A program made the translations under genes and the position numbers. Shown here one piece after another: positions 58,607-64,000 of a stretch of DNA of 64,000 bases; positions within the stretch are counted from its first letter, which is position 1; each line of letters begins with the position of its first letter. A model generated the notes under the pieces. It was not told the origin of the DNA, ran no database searches, and worked only from the letters and a program-made list of their open reading frames with translations. Source of the DNA: Candidatus Marinacidobacterales bacterium (GTDB taxonomy: Bacteria > Acidobacteriota > Vicinamibacteria > Marinacidobacterales > DATDRI01); contig OZ245365.1 in the NCBI GenBank assembly GCA_965226495.1, positions 960,001 to 1,024,000 of the forward strand, given 5' to 3'.

Positions 58607-59853
58607 AGCGACTCGTCTCTCACCACGTAGCCGGCGACAGCGGATTGAACGCAATCCACGAGGCTACCGAAGACCATTTGGGTGTCCAGCATTCCCGGGG
58701 CGTAGTAAGCGTACTTCGCGGAATTGGTCATCAAAACTTTCACGGACTCGGGAAGCATCGGTGTGGCTAGAATGCAGGTGTCCACCGTTACCCGACCGCC
58801 GAAGTTCTCGAGTGGCTGGAGAACTCCCCGTTGTTTTGCTAGGCCTCGCATGGCGCGGCTGGATGTCACGAGGAACTCCACATCGGGGTGACGCCGCTGG
58901 CCTTCGACAAGAGGCGCTAGCCGCTCGAACTCGGCGAAGGAGAAATGAGGACTGCCGAGCACGATCATGTCCAACTTCTCGCCTTTTGTGGTCGACAGCT
59001 GTTCCCAGGTGGCGCGAAGCCGTTGGGGAGTGATCTCGATGACTTGCTCTGGGTCTTTGCCTTGAAGGGCAGCGTCGAGCGTAGGCGCCTCGGGCGTTAC
59101 GCCGACGATATGGAAGAGAGCCACCGCTCCCGACGAGGATGCCGCGGCGCAGAGTGCTTTGAGCTGGTCTTCGCCCGGCGTGACTTCGATGCCTGTGACG
59201 ACCGGGATCCGGTCTCCGGCAACTTCGCCCATGAGGTGCCCTAGTACCGCGTAGAACGAATCGTCTTCCTGCAACTGGTGAGGGACGTCGACGAGGCGCA
59301 TCAGCAGCTGGCCGGCGCGGTTTTCAACTAGGTGGAGCCCGCTCGCGGGTACCCGGCCGGTGACCGCGGCGCAGATGTCCAGAAAATCTGGGTAGCGCTC
59401 GGTGCGGGCTCCGAGAACTGAGTTCGCGAAGGCGATCGCGTTCGATTCGCCCCAGGCTATTTGTTGGCCCAGCTTGGGTGCCGCATCGGTCTGATAGGGT
59501 GCGCAGGTCCAGGTCGGCTGACAGCCCATCTCTTCGTAGGCGACCATCTGGCGGTGGGCTTTTTCTGCCCAATCGGCTGGCACATTCCATTCCCGCCACT
59601 GATGCTCATCGAGCCCGCTGACGTTGAGCGTTGTTGGCACCGAGACCTTCGCTCCGAGGCTCACCAAGCGTTCCGCGAATTCGAGTCCCGCATCGCCGAT
59701 ATAGATCGCGCTATCGATGTGGGCCTGGGTGATATTCATCATCTCCTCGGCCCCATAGACCTCCGCCATACGCATCAGGATGGTCATGGCCATCCGAGCT
59801 CCGGCTCCGTGCTTACCCTCTAGAAGGGCGCGGTCTCGGTCATTCAGCCGCAT
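58594..59853 (-). CDS. Aconitase X catalytic subunit, DUF521
   Basis: QAHIDS, PTTLN, TWTCAPY, AWGESNAIAFANSVLGART, FHIVGVTPEA, GSPH, DTC, TNSAKYAYY. Confidence 0.9.
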   Translation of the reverse strand: MRLNDRDRALLEGKHGAGARMAMTILMRMAEVYGAEEMMNITQAHIDSAIYIGDAGLEFAERLVSLGAKVSVPTTLNVSGLDEHQWREWNVPADWAEKAHRQMVAYEEMGCQPTWTCAPYQTDAAPKLGQQIAWGESNAIAFANSVLGARTERYPDFLDICAAVTGRVPASGLHLVENRAGQLLMRLVDVPHQLQEDDSFYAVLGHLMGEVAGDRIPVVTGIEVTPGEDQLKALCAAASSSGAVALFHIVGVTPEAPTLDAALQGKDPEQVIEITPQRLRATWEQLSTTKGEKLDMIVLGSPHFSFAEFERLAPLVEGQRRHPDVEFLVTSSRAMRGLAKQRGVLQPLENFGGRVTVDTCILATPMLPESVKVLMTNSAKYAYYAPGMLDTQMVFGSLVDCVQSAVAGYVVRDESLWKE

Positions 59854-59996
59854 TGGCGTGGATTTTTGCAAATAGCCTCGTTTGGAGCCTGTTGGACTCC
59901 TCCCAGGATAGCAAACACTCTGCCAGCGCACACGCTCCGGTCGGAGTTTCTCAGCGGGGCTTTCTCGCCCGGCGCGTGCGGGCTACAATCGTCACC

Positions 59997-62399
59997 GTGA
60001 GTCGCGGGCGAGACAAGAAGAAACGCAACAAGCAGAAGCCCCCGAAAGCTTTGCCTTCCGTGTCTACCCCTGCCACCCCGGGAAAGGGCCGTCGTATCGT
60101 GTGGCCAATCGTGGTCGCCGCGATAGCTTTTGTGTGGGCCGGGCTCTGGCTCTGGGGACCCCGGAGCGATATTGGCACCACCAAGAGCGGTGCTCCTCTC
60201 AACATCGTGCTGGTGACGGCGGATACACTGCGAGCCGACAAGCTGGGTTGCTACGGGAACACCCGTATCAGGACTCCCAACATCGACCGGATGGCGGAAG
60301 AGGGGGTGCTCTTCGAGAATGCCACGACCGTCGTTCCTCTTACACTACCCGTCCACTCGTCGATCTTCACGGGCACCTATCCCATGTACCACGGCGTGCG
60401 GGACAACAGTGGCTATTACCTGGATTCGAAGCACGTCACGTTGGCCGAGTCTCTCAAAGAGAAAGGCTACGCCACGGGAGGTTTCGTGGCGGCCTTCGTT
60501 CTGGATTCCAAGTGGGGTCTGAGTCAGGGCTTCGACCGTTACTTCGATGATTTCGATTTCGCGAAGTACGAGACGGTGAGTCTCGATTCGGTGCAGCGCC
60601 GGGGTGACGAAGTGCTGGCAGAGGCGCTCGACTGGATGGACTCCGCTCGCGAGGGACCGTTTTTTTCGTGGATCCATCTTTATGATGCCCATACGCCCTA
60701 CGAGCCCCCCGAGCCTTATCTCAGCCAGTACGGGCCGGGCCCGTTCCAGCGTTACGATGGTGAGGTCGCCTACGTCGACAGCCTAATCGGTGAGCTGACG
60801 AGTTGGCTCGAGACCAAGGGACTCGCAGAAACCACAATCGTCGCCTTCATGGGTGATCATGGAGAAAGCCTCGGTCAGCATCAGGAGACGAGTCACTCGT
60901 TCTTCATATACGACGCCACGACACACGTACCCTTCATCTTGAAGTCCCCATCCGTGGAATCTAGCGGGCAACGGGTCGCGGCTCAGGTAAGCGTGATTGA
61001 TTTGATGCCGACCCTGCTGGACCTGGCGGCGGTCGAAATCCCGGAAGCGGTTCAGGGTCAGAGTTTGCTCGAGCTCGTGACCGGCAACGTGGACGATTTG
61101 AATGTGCTCGCTTACAGCGAGTCATACTACCCGCGTAACCATTACGGGTGGAGCGAGCTGAGGTCGCTTCGTGACGCGGAGTTTCACTATATCGCCGCTC
61201 CCCGACCGGAGCTCTTCGACCTGGCAAAGGATCCTCTGCAACAAAATAATCTCGCACTGAAGCGCTCGCGGACGGTAAGCCAGTATCAGGCCAAGCTCGA
61301 AGAGATGATGGAACGGTACAGCGCGGAAGGCATCGAGGATCAAGCGCCGCTTACGCTTGATGCGGAGACCACCGCCCAACTTGCCGCACTCGGATACCTC
61401 GGGGGCCCGTCCAAGATCAAAGTCGATCCCGACAAATCACTTGCGGATCCGAAGGATAAGATCAAGTTGTTCAACCTCATCAAGCGGGCTGGCAGCGATT
61501 CTAGTGAGGGCAGGGTCGACGATGCTCTGGCCAAGATACAAAGGGTCCTTACGGAGGATCCGGACATTTTGGAAGCCTATAGCGTTCTAGGCAATCTCTA
61601 CGCCAAAAAGGACGAGGATGACCAGGCGATCCAGGCCTATCAGGATGCTCTCACCAGGGATTCGGAGTTCAAACCGGCGCTTTTCGGCTTGGCCAACATT
61701 TACGAAGAGAGAGGTGAGTTGGACGCCGCGGCCGCGGGGTTCCGCCGCATCATCGAAATCGATCCCCGAGACAGCGGGGCGCATTTCCGGCTTGCCGGGA
61801 TTCATACCGCACGGAAAGAGTTCGCCGAGGCGTTGGAGCTTCTCCAAGACAACGTGGAGAGCGGTAGCGAACGACCGGTATTCCACAATCTCATGGCGGA
61901 GTGCTACATCGGTCTCGAGCAATTCGATGAGGCGGAAAAGGAAGTGGGAATCGCCTTGGAGATGAAGCCGGATCTGCCGAGCGTCAATTACAATCTGGCG
62001 TTGATATTAGAGGAGAAGAAGGATATCCCGGGCGCCATCGCCGCCTACGACAGAGATCTCGAGGTCTCTCCCAAGAACTTCCGGACCCATTTCAATGTCG
62101 CCAAGTTGTATGGGCAAACCGGGCGGCCCAAGAAAATGGTGGAGCATTTCGAAAGATCGATCGAGCTCAACGAAAAATTCGCTATTGGCCACTTGTATCT
62201 CTCGAAGCATTATCTCGACGTCGGAGACCTGGAACGTTCTTTGGATCTCGCCAAACGAGGCATCGAGCTCGGCCCCGAGCCCTCAATGGCACCATTCGGA
62301 CACTACATTCTCGCCGATGTTTACAATCGTCTGGGGCAGCCGCAGGACGCCGAACGGGAGTTGGCCGTAGCGCATGGGCTCGAGGGCGCACCTGACTAG
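59997..62399 (+). CDS. Sulfatase-like (alkaline phosphatase superfamily) hydrolase fused to TPR repeats
   Basis: VTADTLRAD, PLTLPVHSSIFTG, HLYDAHTPY, GDHGESLG, LAALGYL, DPKD, TPRs; start assigned to GTG 59997. Confidence 0.88.
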   Translation: MSRGRDKKKRNKQKPPKALPSVSTPATPGKGRRIVWPIVVAAIAFVWAGLWLWGPRSDIGTTKSGAPLNIVLVTADTLRADKLGCYGNTRIRTPNIDRMAEEGVLFENATTVVPLTLPVHSSIFTGTYPMYHGVRDNSGYYLDSKHVTLAESLKEKGYATGGFVAAFVLDSKWGLSQGFDRYFDDFDFAKYETVSLDSVQRRGDEVLAEALDWMDSAREGPFFSWIHLYDAHTPYEPPEPYLSQYGPGPFQRYDGEVAYVDSLIGELTSWLETKGLAETTIVAFMGDHGESLGQHQETSHSFFIYDATTHVPFILKSPSVESSGQRVAAQVSVIDLMPTLLDLAAVEIPEAVQGQSLLELVTGNVDDLNVLAYSESYYPRNHYGWSELRSLRDAEFHYIAAPRPELFDLAKDPLQQNNLALKRSRTVSQYQAKLEEMMERYSAEGIEDQAPLTLDAETTAQLAALGYLGGPSKIKVDPDKSLADPKDKIKLFNLIKRAGSDSSEGRVDDALAKIQRVLTEDPDILEAYSVLGNLYAKKDEDDQAIQAYQDALTRDSEFKPALFGLANIYEERGELDAAAAGFRRIIEIDPRDSGAHFRLAGIHTARKEFAEALELLQDNVESGSERPVFHNLMAECYIGLEQFDEAEKEVGIALEMKPDLPSVNYNLALILEEKKDIPGAIAAYDRDLEVSPKNFRTHFNVAKLYGQTGRPKKMVEHFERSIELNEKFAIGHLYLSKHYLDVGDLERSLDLAKRGIELGPEPSMAPFGHYILADVYNRLGQPQDAERELAVAHGLEGAPD

Positions 62400-62413
62400 C
62401 TACATAGGGGGCT

Positions 62414-64000
62414 CTACTGGAATAGTTTCGCTGGCGCGCTGATGACCGCCCATATTCCCTTTCCGACCTTCTTGAAGGCCCGACCGAAGCGCTGCCCTTG
62501 CACATCCTTGACGTCTTCGTTGGACATCAGGGTCTTGTAGTTGTGGGAGTTCCACGCGGGGAAATAGACGGTTCGAAGTAGGCGAGTGGGTGTCTCCTTG
62601 AACACTTGGCCGGAGACTCGGCTCATCAGGTAATCGCCTTGCTTGAACTCGGGATCGAGCTCGACCAAGATGCCGGCGATGGTAAGTTGGGACTTTATGA
62701 AGTTGGCGGCGTTGAATCGGATCGAGAACCCTTGCCGGCCCAACTCGGTAATGAGATTGTTCAATCGCTGAAAAGAATCCCGGTCCTTGTAGGTCAACAC
62801 GCGGTCCACCAGATCGCTAAGCGCCTGTTTTTGCGAGGGGGACGTCTCTTCGAGCTCCACCAATGCGCCCAAGTTGTTCACCAGGCGCTTGGGATCTCCG
62901 AGGGTGAGTCCGACCAAGAGTTGGATGAGTTGTTTCCGTTGCGGCTTGGGGAACACCTCGCTCAAGCCCCAGTCGATGAGCGCAATACGGTAGGGCGCCG
63001 TGGGATCGTCGATGACGTGAAGGACGTTGCCGGCGTGCGGATCCCCGTGGAAGAGAGCGTCTTCCTGGCCCGAGAAAATGACATCGAAGGTCAACGCGTC
63101 ACTCAATCGTCGTGCGAGCTTGGCCCGCGCCTTGGGATCGCCGGGGTAGGCATCGGTGATTTTGACGCCGTTCACGAATTGCATGCAGGTCACGGTGGGT
63201 GTGGAGAACGCGTATATCTCGGGAACCAAGATATCCTTTTGACCCTTGTAGTACTCGGCGGCCCGGGCGAGGTTTCGCTGCTCCTCCGGAACCTGTATTT
63301 CCTTCGCTAGCGCGTCGCGCACCTCCTGAAAGAGCTCGACCACCGGTGCCGCCCCGATGTCATAAAAGTCCCCGTGGTCCTGCAGGTTTTGGATAGCCGC
63401 TTGCAGAATTTCGAGCTCTTCTTGGAGGCCGGTCGTGGCGTACGGCTTCAAGACCTTGCAAACGGCCTGCTGGGTGATTTGCTCGCCCGGTTCGATCACA
63501 GTAGCGCGGATGACGGCGCCCACGCTGGCCTCGGCGAGGACGTCTTCCGCGAAATGAAGCTGGTAGCGGGAAACGACATCCTCGCCCAGGGCATCCACGA
63601 CTGCTTCTACGACTTCATCGCCGGAAGTTGTGGCAATGCTGTTTTCGAGTGTTTGGAGTGCCTTCCTGATGTCAGGGGCAATGGCGGGGTTTCTCGCCAG
63701 GATTTGCCCCAACTTTTGTAGGCTCGGGGTCTTGGCAACGAAAGCCAGCAGCAAATCTCCCCGATCCGCGTCGCGCGGAAGCCGAGCCTGCTCCATCAAA
63801 CGCTCGACGAATCGCTCTTCGCCAAGGCGGTTCAGAAACAGGAGTAGAGAATCATGGACGAGGGGAACCCAATCTTCGGCGGACGCTGGGATAACTTCCA
63901 ATACTCGAGACTGGTGGAGAAAGAGCTCGACGATCTCGGGACGCCATCTGTCCCACTCGACCTTTTCCATGACGGCGAGGATCTCTGTTTCCGAGATCGC
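62414..64000 (-). CDS. AarF/ABC1/UbiB-family atypical kinase (5'-partial)
   Basis: QKLGQIL, AEASVGAV, KVLKP, FHGDPHAGN, LIDWG; frame open to the window end. Confidence 0.85.
   Translation of the reverse strand, partial: AISETEILAVMEKVEWDRWRPEIVELFLHQSRVLEVIPASAEDWVPLVHDSLLLFLNRLGEERFVERLMEQARLPRDADRGDLLLAFVAKTPSLQKLGQILARNPAIAPDIRKALQTLENSIATTSGDEVVEAVVDALGEDVVSRYQLHFAEDVLAEASVGAVIRATVIEPGEQITQQAVCKVLKPYATTGLQEELEILQAAIQNLQDHGDFYDIGAAPVVELFQEVRDALAKEIQVPEEQRNLARAAEYYKGQKDILVPEIYAFSTPTVTCMQFVNGVKITDAYPGDPKARAKLARRLSDALTFDVIFSGQEDALFHGDPHAGNVLHVIDDPTAPYRIALIDWGLSEVFPKPQRKQLIQLLVGLTLGDPKRLVNNLGALVELEETSPSQKQALSDLVDRVLTYKDRDSFQRLNNLITELGRQGFSIRFNAANFIKSQLTIAGILVELDPEFKQGDYLMSRVSGQVFKETPTRLLRTVYFPAWNSHNYKTLMSNEDVKDVQGQRFGRAFKKVGKGIWAVISAPAKLFQ

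Noticed and set aside
1-64000. CRISPR array, tRNA or rRNA genes
   Set aside because: No regularly spaced repeat-spacer units, cloverleafs or rRNA signatures were seen, and intergenic gaps are short.

Overview
GC-rich bacterial chromosomal window. The gene content (Oar-like TonB receptor, VWFA/TPR pair, Ser/Thr kinase-TPR receptors, sulfatase-TPR, LVIVD propellers) suggests Acidobacteriota, probably Vicinamibacteria-like; this is inference. Most genes serve peptide and amino-acid scavenging: M14 and S9 peptidases, an atypical GGT, a proline-racemase-fold enzyme with a Cys/Gly active site, hydantoinase/oxoprolinase AB, sarcosine oxidase soxBDAG, NAD-glutamate dehydrogenase and a split aconitase X. 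Accessory content includes VapBC, an apparently internally deleted nucleotidyltransferase-like/HTH pair, a YjjJ/HipA-like kinase, one IS and a frameshifted CapA gene. Two unexplained structures stand out. (1) Three times, an intact protein-coding gene (S9 peptidase, hydantoinase B, MFS) is followed by cargo and then a diverged copy of its own 3' end, with no site-specific integrase in view. (2) A ~70-150 bp element occurs three times, always in the same orientation just upstream of a start codon. No rRNA, tRNA or CRISPR array was seen. All calls come from reading the sequence and ORF track; no searches were run.
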